Below are positions 36,036-45,282 of a stretch of 64,000 bases of DNA, piece by piece. Origin of the DNA: SAR324 cluster bacterium (GTDB taxonomy: Bacteria > SAR324 > XYD2-FULL-50-16 > HCM1); contig PUHO01000007.1 of NCBI GenBank assembly GCA_002995645.1, forward strand, positions 1,356 through 65,355, in the 5' to 3' direction. Position 1 is the first letter of the stretch, and each line of letters starts with the position of its first letter. The notes under the pieces were generated by a model. The model ran no database searches, was not told where the DNA came from, and saw nothing but the letters and a program-made list of their open reading frames with translations. Position numbers and translations under genes: made by a program.

Positions 36036-37002
36036 TATTATTTTAAAATGTGACGGCAAGGCTTTTGTTGGTTGGAAATATATTCACCTTGTTTGCACTA
36101 TGCAAGCTATTGCCTATTCGTTTTGTGTTGAAATGGATTTGAATAAAGATAATGCACCTTATTTTAATCAAATAAAAACCCATAGTTCTATTGAATTAAT
36201 AGGTATAGATAACGAAACTAAAGTAAAGCAAGTGCTTTTAACAGGCTATATTGACAAAATAAAACGTATTATTAGCCCGGAGGAATCAAGCGTTCAAATA
36301 CAAGGAAGAAGCAAAACAAGGGATTTAATAGATTGTGTGATTACAAAATCATTTGCCCAAAATCAAAGCTTAACAGCAGTAGCAAAAAGTATTTGCAACG
36401 ATTTTTCAATAGAGGTGACAAGTGATAATACAAGCGTATTAGAAGATAAACTGTGCTTCTCTTTGCAAACGCCTTTTTATATCTTAAATGAATTAGCAAA
36501 AAATCAAAATAAAGTTCTCTTAACCAATAATAAAGGTAATCTCTTAATACAAGATAAAGTTAGCAAAGAAGTACTTCCAACACCTTTAATAGAAGGAGAA
36601 AATATTATATTAGCCGAAATGGAAGAAAACGGAAGCAATCAGTTTTCTAGTTATAAAGTTAAAATAGAAGAACAAGCAAGCATAGAAGAACAAGATGAAA
36701 ACGTACCTTGTTTTAGACCGTATGAAATCCTTTCAGCTATACAAGAAAGCAAAGAAGTAAGTAAACAAATAGCTTTATTTGAAAAACGAAAACGAGCTTA
36801 CTTTAAAATAAAAGTCGTTATTCTTGGCTGGGAATATAGTCAAGGCAAGTTTTGGCAAGAAAACAAGCTTTGTGAAGTTAATTTGCCTAGTTTATTCACT
36901 AATAGCAAAACGCTATTAATTGAATCAGTTACTTTTAATTTGATTCATTTTGAGAAAACAACTGTGCTAACGTTAGTCAAACCGGAGACCTATCATGTTT
37001 GA
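36028..37002 (+). CDS. baseplate hub / tail protein (Mu gp44/P-like)
   Basis: 324 aa. Position after the gp43-like gene, the overlapping start and the N-terminal ..CDGKAFVGWKYI pattern support the call. Confidence 0.65.
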   Translation: MSDIILKCDGKAFVGWKYIHLVCTMQAIAYSFCVEMDLNKDNAPYFNQIKTHSSIELIGIDNETKVKQVLLTGYIDKIKRIISPEESSVQIQGRSKTRDLIDCVITKSFAQNQSLTAVAKSICNDFSIEVTSDNTSVLEDKLCFSLQTPFYILNELAKNQNKVLLTNNKGNLLIQDKVSKEVLPTPLIEGENIILAEMEENGSNQFSSYKVKIEEQASIEEQDENVPCFRPYEILSAIQESKEVSKQIALFEKRKRAYFKIKVVILGWEYSQGKFWQENKLCEVNLPSLFTNSKTLLIESVTFNLIHFEKTTVLTLVKPETYHV

Positions 37003-37501
37003 AAAAGATTTGATTACTGCCTTAAAGAGATGCGTTTTTTCTCTTATACTTAAAGGTAAAGCCAAGAGAATAGAACAAAAAGAAGTGCAAGTCCTTGTAT
37101 ATGATGAAGAGGTAAGAACACTTAAAAGGTTGGATAATTCATATGGCATACAAACAAAACCAAGTTTAAGCGATAAACTAAGTGTTATTGCTTTTTTTAA
37201 GAAAGGCATAGCCTCGCAAGGCGTGAGTCTAGCCATACAAGAAGAGAAGGTGCCTGATCTTGGATTAACAGAAGGGGAAGTAGCGGTATATAATCGCGCT
37301 GGCGTTAAGGTGATATTAAAGGCAAACGGCAAGCTAGAAGTGAGTAATAAAACTGCGAGTTTAGCAGAAATCCTAGATAGCTTTATTAGTCAAGTTATGC
37401 AAATACAAACAACAGGCAGCCCAGTCAATCATGCGCTTTCTCCAACAAGTATACAAGCTTTGCTACAAATACAAATCAAATTAAAATCGTTGTTAACATA
37501 A
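36995..37501 (+). CDS. baseplate spike/assembly protein (Mu gp45-like)
   Basis: 168 aa. ...YGIQTKP....L.VIAFF..G....GV.LAI......P.LGLTEGEVAVYN.AGVKVILKANGKLEV fits the Mu gp45 family. Confidence 0.75.
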   Translation: MFEKDLITALKRCVFSLILKGKAKRIEQKEVQVLVYDEEVRTLKRLDNSYGIQTKPSLSDKLSVIAFFKKGIASQGVSLAIQEEKVPDLGLTEGEVAVYNRAGVKVILKANGKLEVSNKTASLAEILDSFISQVMQIQTTGSPVNHALSPTSIQALLQIQIKLKSLLT

Positions 37502-37827
37502 TGAAAATAGAAGAGTATAAAAATCTAACTACCTTAATTAAAATCAGTTTAGATACGGAGTTAAACACATGGTGGGCAAATAGTAAGCTAGGTAGCGATA
37601 TAGTGGCTTTACTCAAAACGGGGAAGGTCAATAATACAACGTTATTAAAGTTGTATTCTAGTGCAAAAGAAGCGTTAAACTGGCTACTAGAAGACGAACT
37701 TGTTAAAGAAATGGATATTCTTATTGCACAAGATAAAGTGAATAAAAATAGAATTAATTTTAATATTAATATAGTTAAACCTGACGGGAACGACGATCGG
37801 ATTAACTACGTATATAATCTAAAATAG
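37501..37827 (+). CDS. baseplate protein (Mu gp46-like)
   Basis: 108 aa. The WWAN.KLGSDI..LLKTGK...T......AKEALNWLLED pattern fits the phage GP46 family. Confidence 0.7.
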   Translation: MKIEEYKNLTTLIKISLDTELNTWWANSKLGSDIVALLKTGKVNNTTLLKLYSSAKEALNWLLEDELVKEMDILIAQDKVNKNRINFNINIVKPDGNDDRINYVYNLK

Positions 37828-37835
37828 GAAGATAT

Positions 37836-38888
37836 ATGGCTTTTAAAAGACCTACACTAGAAGAATTAAAACACAGAATAAGAGGGGATATAAATTCGCG
37901 TTTGCAAGTAGGCAAGAATCTAGAAAGATATGATTTATTGTCTATTCTAGGCGAAGTGGAAGCAGGCGGGCAACATAGTTTATACGGTGCGCTTGCCTTT
38001 CTTTCAAGACAACTATTTATTGCCACAGCAGAAGGCGCCTATTTAGATAGATTACTATCATGGCGGGGCATTGTTCGAAGTGAAGCAACCGTAGCAAGAG
38101 GCAACGTAGAACTAACCGGCGTAAGTGGTAGTGTTATTCCTGAAAATACGGCGCTTTCCGGAGAAAACAGTATTTTATATAAAACAAATACGTTAGTACT
38201 TATCGGCGCGTCCGGTAAAACTACGGTGGAAGTTGTGGCAACACAAGCAGGAGATAAAGGAAACTTACCAAGTAAATCTAGTTTACATCTAGTTGTTAGC
38301 ATAGCCGGTGTGAAAGACGAGGCAATCGTATGTAAAGACGGATTACAAGGAGGAGAGGAAATAGAAAGTGATAATTCATATCGAATCAGAGCGGCAAAAG
38401 AGGTGAGTACTTCTTTATCAAGATACGGCAAAGACGGTGATTTTGCTTTTTGGGCAAAAGAAAGTAGTAACGGCATAGACAGAGCATGGGAAATACGCAA
38501 TGCAGATACGTACGGGACTTTACTTATCCAAGTGGCAAGAGGCAACGTGCAAGCAACAAGCTCTTCGATTCAAGAAGCGGAAAAATATATTTTAGATAGA
38601 GCGCCTATAGGTATACGATATAAAATAGAAACGCCACAAATCCAAACAGTGGATTTAAGCCTTTCAATCCAACCGGGAAGCCAACAATATCAAGATAAAG
38701 CAAGCGATGCTATTAGGTTATATTTTCAGCAAAAGGCAACGCCAAACAAGGTACTTCAGTTAAATGAAATACAAAAGGTAGTTGAATCAGTGCCGAACGT
38801 TTTTCACGTAGAAATTCATAAACCAACGCAAGATATCCCGTTTGATTTGCAAACCTTGCCGGTTATAGGAGCGATTACATATGTTTAA
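37836..38888 (+). CDS. baseplate J-like protein (Mu gp47-like)
   Basis: 350 aa. FKRPTLEELK.RIRGDI......HSLYGALAFLSRQLF..TAEGAYLDRL..WRGI.R..AT.ARG.VELTG..GS.IPE.T fits the Baseplate_J family. Confidence 0.85.
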   Translation: MAFKRPTLEELKHRIRGDINSRLQVGKNLERYDLLSILGEVEAGGQHSLYGALAFLSRQLFIATAEGAYLDRLLSWRGIVRSEATVARGNVELTGVSGSVIPENTALSGENSILYKTNTLVLIGASGKTTVEVVATQAGDKGNLPSKSSLHLVVSIAGVKDEAIVCKDGLQGGEEIESDNSYRIRAAKEVSTSLSRYGKDGDFAFWAKESSNGIDRAWEIRNADTYGTLLIQVARGNVQATSSSIQEAEKYILDRAPIGIRYKIETPQIQTVDLSLSIQPGSQQYQDKASDAIRLYFQQKATPNKVLQLNEIQKVVESVPNVFHVEIHKPTQDIPFDLQTLPVIGAITYV

Positions 38889-39438
38889 AAAATTTAGTGA
38901 AATAGAATATACTGCCGCTTTATTACAGCTACTTCCTATTGGCAAGATTTGGGAACAAGAAAAACAAACGCCGCAAGGAGACGTCTATGCTATCCTACGT
39001 GCTAGAGCTGCCGAGTATAAACGTTTTGACACTATGTTAGCTAAACTTTTTGAAGAATCTATCCCGTCAAAAGCAAACTTAATGATAGACGAATGGGAAA
39101 AGGAAGCTTCTTTGCCTATGACAAAAGATCAAATTAACGTTAGAAGATACCGCGTTATAGACGCCTTAAATCAAATGCATAACGTAACGCAAGAATCAAT
39201 GGCGCAAATAGCTAGCATTTTTAATTATTACGTAACCATTCAAAGAGTGAAAGGATTTAAATTAGCACAAACAGGTAAAATACGTAGTGGCGAACGAAAA
39301 TATACAACAAATTATTATTACTTTTTTTTGTTTATTACAAAAACACCTAATGCAAAACCAAATATAAAATATGAACAGTTAGTACGTAGTCAAATACTAA
39401 GTTGTTTTTCAATTAAATTTATTTACGAGGCAATATGA
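38881..39438 (+). CDS. baseplate/tail protein (Mu gp48-like, DUF2313 type)
   Basis: 185 aa. YTAALLQLLPIGKIW......AILRARAAE......L..LFEES.PS.A..MIDEWEKEASLP fits the DUF2313 pattern. Confidence 0.75.
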   Translation: MFKKFSEIEYTAALLQLLPIGKIWEQEKQTPQGDVYAILRARAAEYKRFDTMLAKLFEESIPSKANLMIDEWEKEASLPMTKDQINVRRYRVIDALNQMHNVTQESMAQIASIFNYYVTIQRVKGFKLAQTGKIRSGERKYTTNYYYFFLFITKTPNAKPNIKYEQLVRSQILSCFSIKFIYEAI

Positions 39439-40325
39439 CGTTATACCCTAATGATCCGCTAGATAGTGCAAATCAAAGAGTCGTAGGTCTAGAAAATGGC
39501 AAATTTACAGACGGCGATCCAGTCAAAGGCATTGCGCCAAGTATTATTCCGGCACAGTGGCAAAATTTATTAACTGATTTACTAGAAACGGCAATTTTAC
39601 AAGAAAACGGAAGCGTTAATAATACGGATATCCATCAACTAGCCAATGTTTTAACTAATATCCACAAGCTTATTCAAACAAATAAAACGAATATAGCTAC
39701 TAATAAATCAAACATAACGCAAGAAACCGCTAACCTGTTAACAACGTTAAACACAAAAATAAGCCAAGCAAACCAAAATTTGACTAATGAAATGGCGAAT
39801 GCGGCAACAAAAAGATCAACCTTACAAACAGATTTAACAAACCTGCTTAACCGTGCTAAAGCGGATTTAACTAGTCTTATTAACCAAGCTAGTAGCCGCG
39901 TTCCTGTTGGCACAATCTTGCAATATTACGGAAGAACGGCGCCAAGCGGTTTTTTGTTATGTGACGGTACGTCTTATTATAGATCTAGTTATAGCGAATT
40001 ATCGCATTTAATATCATCAGGTAGTTCAAGTGAATTTAAAGTTCCTGATTTACGTGATAGATTTGTACAAACTAAAACGCACGATATCGGCGTCCATGAA
40101 GACGGCAAGGTACCGTATAATCATAGTACGTTCGGTGAAATGTTTACTCGCGGCACCGTTACGGGAACAGGCAATTTTTCAGTAGTTAGAAACACGCATA
40201 CTTTTGATTTAAATAATTTAGGTCATGGTCAAGAATATGCTTTTAATACTTTATATTTTTCAATCGGAAGCGGAAATAAAGTATTGCCAGATAACATTGT
40301 GCTTAATGCTATTATTAAATACTAA
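39435..40325 (+). CDS. tail fibre protein with C-terminal phage tail-collar domain
   Basis: 296 aa. It has a central coiled-coil of N/T/L-rich heptads. The collar motif is VPVGTILQYYGRTAPSGFLLCDGTSYYRSSYSELSHLI.....EFKVPDLRDRF. Confidence 0.8.
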   Translation: MTLYPNDPLDSANQRVVGLENGKFTDGDPVKGIAPSIIPAQWQNLLTDLLETAILQENGSVNNTDIHQLANVLTNIHKLIQTNKTNIATNKSNITQETANLLTTLNTKISQANQNLTNEMANAATKRSTLQTDLTNLLNRAKADLTSLINQASSRVPVGTILQYYGRTAPSGFLLCDGTSYYRSSYSELSHLISSGSSSEFKVPDLRDRFVQTKTHDIGVHEDGKVPYNHSTFGEMFTRGTVTGTGNFSVVRNTHTFDLNNLGHGQEYAFNTLYFSIGSGNKVLPDNIVLNAIIKY

Positions 40326-40345
40326 ATTATTTTTCAAGAGGAACT

Positions 40346-41053
40346 ATGTTAGTATATCACTATGACAGAATAACAAAAGAATATAAAATAACAACGCAAG
40401 CCAACGTAGATCCCAAAATACCAAATAGGTATTTGCTCCCAGCCTGCGCAAGCTTTACTCCCATACCGGAAACAAAGGAAGGTTACGCCATTGTGTATAA
40501 TGAGACAAGTAAAACATGGGAGTATATAGAAGATTATAGAGGCAAAACAATATGGCAAGATTATCAAACTTCAAAAAAAATAATGAAAATAGGGAGTCTT
40601 CCGTTCGGTTGGAGTTTAACCCAGCCGGAAGCGCCAATATATATAAGTAAAAAAGAAAAAAGTAGGCAAATATCTTTTCAGACAAATCAAATATTATATA
40701 AAGGAGTGGTTATTCATATAAACAAAGTGGCAAGGAAGTTTATAGCAACAACTAAGTTTTTACAGCACCTTTGTATGATTGAACCGATAATGAAAGAAAC
40801 AGAAACAAAGCAGCTAGCGCACTATAACCCTAAAGCCGAAGTATCACCAACAACAGGAAGTTATACCTTACAAGACGACTGGTTTCAAGAATATGCTTTT
40901 TCTAGGAAAGAAGTAAGTTATATTAAAGATAAGATATATAGTTTTTGGCAAGCTTATAAAGCGGAGAAGTACCGTTGTTTACGAGCTATTGAGCTAGCGA
41001 AAAATAAGCAAGAAATAGATAACGTTACGTTTAACCAGAATTGTATAAACTAA
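40346..41053 (+). CDS. tail fibre assembly protein/chaperone
   Basis: 235 aa. The N-terminus ..YHYDRITKEY.......VDPKIPNRYLLPA.A...P.P....GYAIVYNE....WEYIEDYRGKTIW is typical of tail fibre assembly proteins. It is the last gene of the cluster. Confidence 0.7.
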   Translation: MLVYHYDRITKEYKITTQANVDPKIPNRYLLPACASFTPIPETKEGYAIVYNETSKTWEYIEDYRGKTIWQDYQTSKKIMKIGSLPFGWSLTQPEAPIYISKKEKSRQISFQTNQILYKGVVIHINKVARKFIATTKFLQHLCMIEPIMKETETKQLAHYNPKAEVSPTTGSYTLQDDWFQEYAFSRKEVSYIKDKIYSFWQAYKAEKYRCLRAIELAKNKQEIDNVTFNQNCIN

Positions 41054-41056
41054 ATA

Positions 41057-42343
41057 CTACGTAGTAGTTAGTAAAGGCAAAAAGGTTTCAAAGAAATGCG
41101 GGAAGGTTTTAGAAACGCAAGCAGGATGTTTAATACTACAACCTTTCACTTTTGCCGCAATTAAAGCAAACGACATTGCCATACGATGATCGTCATAGGT
41201 GTTAAACGAAACGGGATTATATGAATCACTGGGCGTTATAGTTAAACTACTTGGCGTTTGTTCGCAAATAGCGCCAAGTTTAGTTAACTCTGTTGCAATA
41301 GCGTCTATACGATCGCATTCTTTTAAACGCATATTTGCTATATTATAAATAGTCGTTTTGCCAGTTGCAAATAAAGCGACTGATGCCAAAGTTGGTGCAA
41401 CGTCACTCATTGTGTTCATATCAATGGCAACTGATTGTAAGCGATTCGTTGGTTTGCTAACTGTAATGGTCGAGTCCGTTCTTTCTACTAAACAGCCCAT
41501 TTGTTCCAATATTTTCGCAAATCCCCAATCACCTTGCGTTGAATAAGGGGAAAAGCCGTTTAAAGTAATACTTCCCCCCACAATAGCAGGTAACGCTAAA
41601 AAATAAGAAGCAGTGGAAGCGTCTGTTTCCACTGTGTATTCTTGTGCTTGGTATGCTTGATTTGCCTTAATTACTAAACTAGAAGCCGAAAGCCAAGAAA
41701 CGGTTACGCCGAAATTTTTCATTAATTCTAAAGTCATATCAATATAAGTTTTAGAAACAATATTCCCTTCTAACGATATACGTATATCTTTATGAGCATA
41801 AGGCGCGCACATTAATAGAGCAGAAATATATTGCGAACTATGTTCAGCGTATAACGTAACTTGCCCGCCTTGTATTCCATTTGCCTGAATCTGTAACGGT
41901 AAAGATTCAGTTTTGTTTATATGGGTAATCTTACAACCAAGCTGTTGTAGTGCAATAGTAAGGTCCTTAATTGGACGTTGTTGCATACGATCGTTACCGG
42001 TAAGAACGTATTCTCCTTTCCCCAAATTTAAAGCGGCAGTTAAAAAACGAGACGCCGTCCCCGCATTTTCAATATACAAAGGGTGTGTGTGACTTGTAAA
42101 AGCCCCGCCTAGACCATGTATGATATGCTGATTCTCTTTTTTGATAATAGTAACGCCTAGCTTTTGTAACGCCTGTTGCATGTAATGGGTGTCATCACAT
42201 ACCAGCACGTTAGTAAGCTTACTTGTTCCTTTAGCAAGTGCCGCAAGTAATAAAGCACGATTACTAATACTTTTTGAAGAAGGAATAGTCAAAGTTGCCT
42301 TAACGGCGTTACTTGTAGGTATCGGTAACGGATTAGTATTCAT
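41057..42343 (-). CDS. aroA: 3-phosphoshikimate 1-carboxyvinyltransferase (EPSP synthase)
   Basis: 428 aa with PSSKSISNRALLLAALAKGTSKL.NVL.CDDT..M..AL..LGV and further EPSPS blocks. Its start codon directly abuts the thrC stop. Confidence 0.95.
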   Translation of the reverse strand: MNTNPLPIPTSNAVKATLTIPSSKSISNRALLLAALAKGTSKLTNVLVCDDTHYMQQALQKLGVTIIKKENQHIIHGLGGAFTSHTHPLYIENAGTASRFLTAALNLGKGEYVLTGNDRMQQRPIKDLTIALQQLGCKITHINKTESLPLQIQANGIQGGQVTLYAEHSSQYISALLMCAPYAHKDIRISLEGNIVSKTYIDMTLELMKNFGVTVSWLSASSLVIKANQAYQAQEYTVETDASTASYFLALPAIVGGSITLNGFSPYSTQGDWGFAKILEQMGCLVERTDSTITVSKPTNRLQSVAIDMNTMSDVAPTLASVALFATGKTTIYNIANMRLKECDRIDAIATELTKLGAICEQTPSSLTITPSDSYNPVSFNTYDDHRMAMSFALIAAKVKGCSIKHPACVSKTFPHFFETFLPLLTTT

Positions 42344-43741
42344 TTACTGATCTAGATCTTTATTTTCACGTAAAATAGTAAGAATAATATCTTTAATAGC
42401 ATTAATATCAGCTGCCGCATGAATACAAGAAGTTTGCTTTTGTTCTAATTCTTGTAAAACTGACGGTAGTTCTATTTTTTTACCTGTTGCTTTAAAGAAG
42501 GCATCGCCAAATTTAGACGGATGTGCCGTTGCTAAACAAATAACGTTTTGAAAATCAAATTGATCAGCTGCGCAAAGTCCGGTTGCCGTGTGGGGATCCA
42601 CATTAAGCCCTTGTTCATTGTATGAAGAGATATATTGATATATTTCTTCTGTACTTGTGGCATAACTACAAAAGTCACTTTGTAACTTGTCCCGTTCTTT
42701 TTGTGTTAAAGCAAACTCGCCTGTTTTTAAATCTTCCATATGAGAAGCAACAAGCTTAGTATCTTTGTCGGCTATATCGTAAAGATAACGTTCAAAATTA
42801 CTAGCAATTTGAATATCCATAGACGGCGCCGGTGTTGGCGTGCTTTCTTTTACAGTATACTTTCCTGTTTGAATAGTGCGGTGAAGTATATCGTTTGCAT
42901 TAGTTGCTAGAATTAACTTCTTAATTGGCAAGCCCATTTGTTTTGCCATATAGCCGGCGTATATGTTTCCAAAATTGCCGGTTGGTACGCAAAAAGCTTC
43001 TACGTCGGTTCCTACTTTTTTTCTATATTCTCTTGCTGCATAAAAATAGTAAGGTACTTGCGCCATTAACCTTACCCAGTTAATAGAGTTAATCGCACCT
43101 AGATTATAGGTTTTCCTTAATTGCGTATCAGAAAAGATTTCTTTAACAATAGCTTGTGCATTGTCAAACGAACCTTCTATGGCAATATTAGTAATGTTAT
43201 CATCTAATACGGAAGTCATTTGTAATTCTTGTATTTTAGTCACACGATTAAGTGGATGTAAAACAAAAAGATGAATGTTCTTTTTACCTCGTACTCCGTA
43301 AATAGCGGCGCTTCCAGTATCGCCAGACGTAGCACCTATTAAAGTTAGTTGTTTATTATTTTTTGCTAAAAGATATTCAAATAAATTACCAAGGAATTGA
43401 AGCGCAACGTCTTTAAAAGCAAAAGTGGGTCCGTAAAATAGATCTAATAGTTGGTGCTTACCTGCCGTTGTCAGTTGCACTACGTTGGGAATTCTAAAAG
43501 AAGAATAACTTTTTTCTATAAGTGTTTTTAGATCTTGTTTTGGAACGATTCCGTCTGCGAAAGGAAGGAATATTTCCAAGGCTAGGTCAGTATAGGATAG
43601 ATCTTCTTTAGTGTCGTAAAGATGAGATAAATCAGGTAGTGAGTTTGGAATAAATAAACCACCGTCCGGAGCTAAGCCGGAAAGTGCGACGTCTTCGAAA
43701 GACGCGGAGGATATAAGCCCCCTTGTACTAGAATAAAGCAT
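42344..43741 (-). CDS. thrC: threonine synthase
   Basis: The start is trimmed to MLYSSTRG (ATG at 43741-43739), the usual ThrC N-terminus. It has FAFKDVALQ (PLP lysine), TSGDTGSAA and GLAPDGGLFIP. The longer ORF-track start at 43780 runs into duplicated sequence. Confidence 0.93.
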   Translation of the reverse strand: MLYSSTRGLISSASFEDVALSGLAPDGGLFIPNSLPDLSHLYDTKEDLSYTDLALEIFLPFADGIVPKQDLKTLIEKSYSSFRIPNVVQLTTAGKHQLLDLFYGPTFAFKDVALQFLGNLFEYLLAKNNKQLTLIGATSGDTGSAAIYGVRGKKNIHLFVLHPLNRVTKIQELQMTSVLDDNITNIAIEGSFDNAQAIVKEIFSDTQLRKTYNLGAINSINWVRLMAQVPYYFYAAREYRKKVGTDVEAFCVPTGNFGNIYAGYMAKQMGLPIKKLILATNANDILHRTIQTGKYTVKESTPTPAPSMDIQIASNFERYLYDIADKDTKLVASHMEDLKTGEFALTQKERDKLQSDFCSYATSTEEIYQYISSYNEQGLNVDPHTATGLCAADQFDFQNVICLATAHPSKFGDAFFKATGKKIELPSVLQELEQKQTSCIHAAADINAIKDIILTILRENKDLDQ

Positions 43742-44394
43742 AGAAAATATTAAAAGAGTAAAAAAATTAAAAAATGCCAATTTATGGAAAGATAATTATA
43801 TTTCCATAATTGTAAAATATTAGTTTGTATATAAATAAAAAAGATGAATAAAAATACAATAATCCAAAGTTTTACATTTTCTAGGATAAAAATGAATAAC
43901 CATTTGTTAATAGCACCCCGTTTTGCTTCAATGCTTATGTTTTTAGCAGAGAGTATGATAAAAGCAAGAATGGGCAAGCTAATCTAGCTAAAATCAATGG
44001 GGACCCCCTATAGTATTAAGGTCAATATACCAGCAATAGGGATAAATAGCAATCCCTTATACTAGAATAAAGCATAGAAAATATTAAAAGAGTAAAGAAA
44101 TTAAAAAATGCCAATTTATGGAAAGATAATTATAGTTCCATAATTGTAAAATATTAGTTTGTTTGAAAATAAAAAAGATGAATAAAAATACAATAATCCA
44201 AAGTTTTACATTTTCTAGGATAAAAATGAATAACCATTTGTTAATAGCACCCCGCTTTGCTTCAATGCTTATGTTTTTAGCAGAGAGTATGATAAAAGCA
44301 AGAATGGGCAAGCTGATCCAGCTAAAATCAATAGGGAAGCCATATAGTATTAAGGTCAATATACCAGCAATAGGGATAAACAGCAATATACAAT
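43727..44394. repeat. 2 x 334-bp tandem duplication spanning the thrC start, the intergenic spacer and the 3' end of the upstream membrane-protein gene
   Basis: ACTAGAATAAAGCATAGAAAATATTAAAAGAGTAAA... starts at 43727 and again at 44061. The copies are near-identical by eye through ...CCAGCAATAGGGATAAA(T/C)AGCAAT. Confidence 0.9.
43750..43977 (-). pseudogene. duplicated C-terminal fragment of the 385-aa membrane protein
   Basis: The 75-aa ORF (PILAFIILSAKNISIEAKRGAINKWLFIFILENVKLWIIVFLFIFFI..) is nearly identical to the last ~75 aa of the 44084..45241 product. It lies inside duplication copy 1. Confidence 0.8.
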
Positions 44395-45241
44395 TGAACT
44401 GATAAAAAATAGGACGTCGTGAAGCAGACACACTGGCAAAGAGAACGTTCTTTGACGTGCGGAACGTAATAAATTTAAAAGCAACGTCAATAAAAGGTAA
44501 GGTATTAAAAGCAAGTAAAAAGATGGCGCCACTCCAAAGCAACGTAGGTAGGATTGCCGTTGTATTTTGTAGTGAATTAAGTAGACGCCAAGACCGCGCT
44601 AAAAAAGGAGATAAATACCAAAGCCCGGCAGCTAAAATCGCTAAAGAAACAATCCCGCTTATAGACAAAAAGAAAACACGAAAAAAAGCACGATTCAAAA
44701 AAGGAAAAAGAATAAAAGATAATAAAAATAATAGCATTCCTATGTGAATAGCAATTCCTATAAGCATAGTGCAACTTAACGGAATAAGGAAAACGGCGTG
44801 TTTGCTACAAAGTAATTCATAGAAAAAATAGAAACCAATAATCAGCAGAAGGAAGAAAAGTGCATTAGGCGAAATAACAAGCGCGTTAAACGTAAGAAAA
44901 GGAGAGGAAACAAGTATTAAAAAACCGTTAATTGCCGTTGAGCGATCGAAAAATTTATTTAGTAAACGGTAAAACAGACAAATACTTATAATAGACGGTA
45001 TAATTGATAAGCAAATTAACCTTGTAATGTAATTAGAGAAATACGTTGCTACTTGTTGCCAAAAAATAGATTGGTTCATTAAGTAGCTTTGCGCGTTGGT
45101 TGCCGAGAAAAATTGAAAAAGGCTATGTTGTATATGAAAAAAATAAAAGCTTCCCATTGCTAAAACAATAACACAAACGTACCATGTAAGTAATATAATG
45201 AAACTAGAACGAGAATATATAAAATTAGCTAGTGATTTCAT
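44084..45241 (-). CDS. polytopic inner-membrane protein (possibly GT39/GT83-like glycosyltransferase fold)
   Basis: 385 aa with about 10 hydrophobic segments. The family assignment is only an impression and has not been verified. Confidence 0.6.
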   Translation of the reverse strand: MKSLANFIYSRSSFIILLTWYVCVIVLAMGSFYFFHIQHSLFQFFSATNAQSYLMNQSIFWQQVATYFSNYITRLICLSIIPSIISICLFYRLLNKFFDRSTAINGFLILVSSPFLTFNALVISPNALFFLLLIIGFYFFYELLCSKHAVFLIPLSCTMLIGIAIHIGMLLFLLSFILFPFLNRAFFRVFFLSISGIVSLAILAAGLWYLSPFLARSWRLLNSLQNTTAILPTLLWSGAIFLLAFNTLPFIDVAFKFITFRTSKNVLFASVSASRRPIFYQFNCILLFIPIAGILTLILYGFPIDFSWISLPILAFIILSAKNISIEAKRGAINKWLFIFILENVKLWIIVFLFIFFIFKQTNILQLWNYNYLSINWHFLISLLF

Positions 45242-45282
45242 ATTTGATGTTTAATTAATTAGTTTTAGGAAGTTACTATACA

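Larger units (their letters stand above)
21228..41053 (+). mobile_element. Mu-like phage-derived head plus contractile-tail gene cluster (defective prophage or GTA-like element)
   Basis: The run of Mu-family structural genes follows Mu order: terS-like, terL, gp29 portal, protease I, capsid T, gp36, gp37, sheath L, tube M, chaperone, TMP position, gp43-gp48, fibre, fibre assembly. An S24 repressor and DUF3164 are inserted in the head module. No transposase A/B, integrase, Mor/C, F/G or endolysin is recognisable. Confidence 0.85.

Noticed and set aside
21228-41053. An intact, transposable Mu-like prophage.
   Set aside because: No MuA/MuB transposase, Mor/C regulators, lysis cassette or Mu F/G genes are recognisable. 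The cluster is about half the expected size and is bounded directly by host genes.
31509-41053. A tailocin (R-type pyocin-like) or eCIS interpretation of the contractile tail module.
   Set aside because: The tail genes are contiguous with intact terminase, portal, protease and capsid genes in Mu order. A head-containing particle is more consistent. No eCIS-specific ATPase or tail-terminator/cap arrangement is seen.
39435-41053. A diversity-generating retroelement or an invertible G-segment at the tail fibre locus.
   Set aside because: There is no reverse transcriptase, no template/variable repeat pair, no inverted duplicate fibre genes and no Gin-type invertase downstream. The cluster ends at aroA.
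43742-43780. The longer N-terminal start of thrC given in the ORF track (MAFFNFFTLLIFS...).
   Set aside because: The extension is hydrophobic junk derived from the duplicated intergenic sequence. The conserved ThrC N-terminus MLYSSTRG begins at the internal ATG at 43741.
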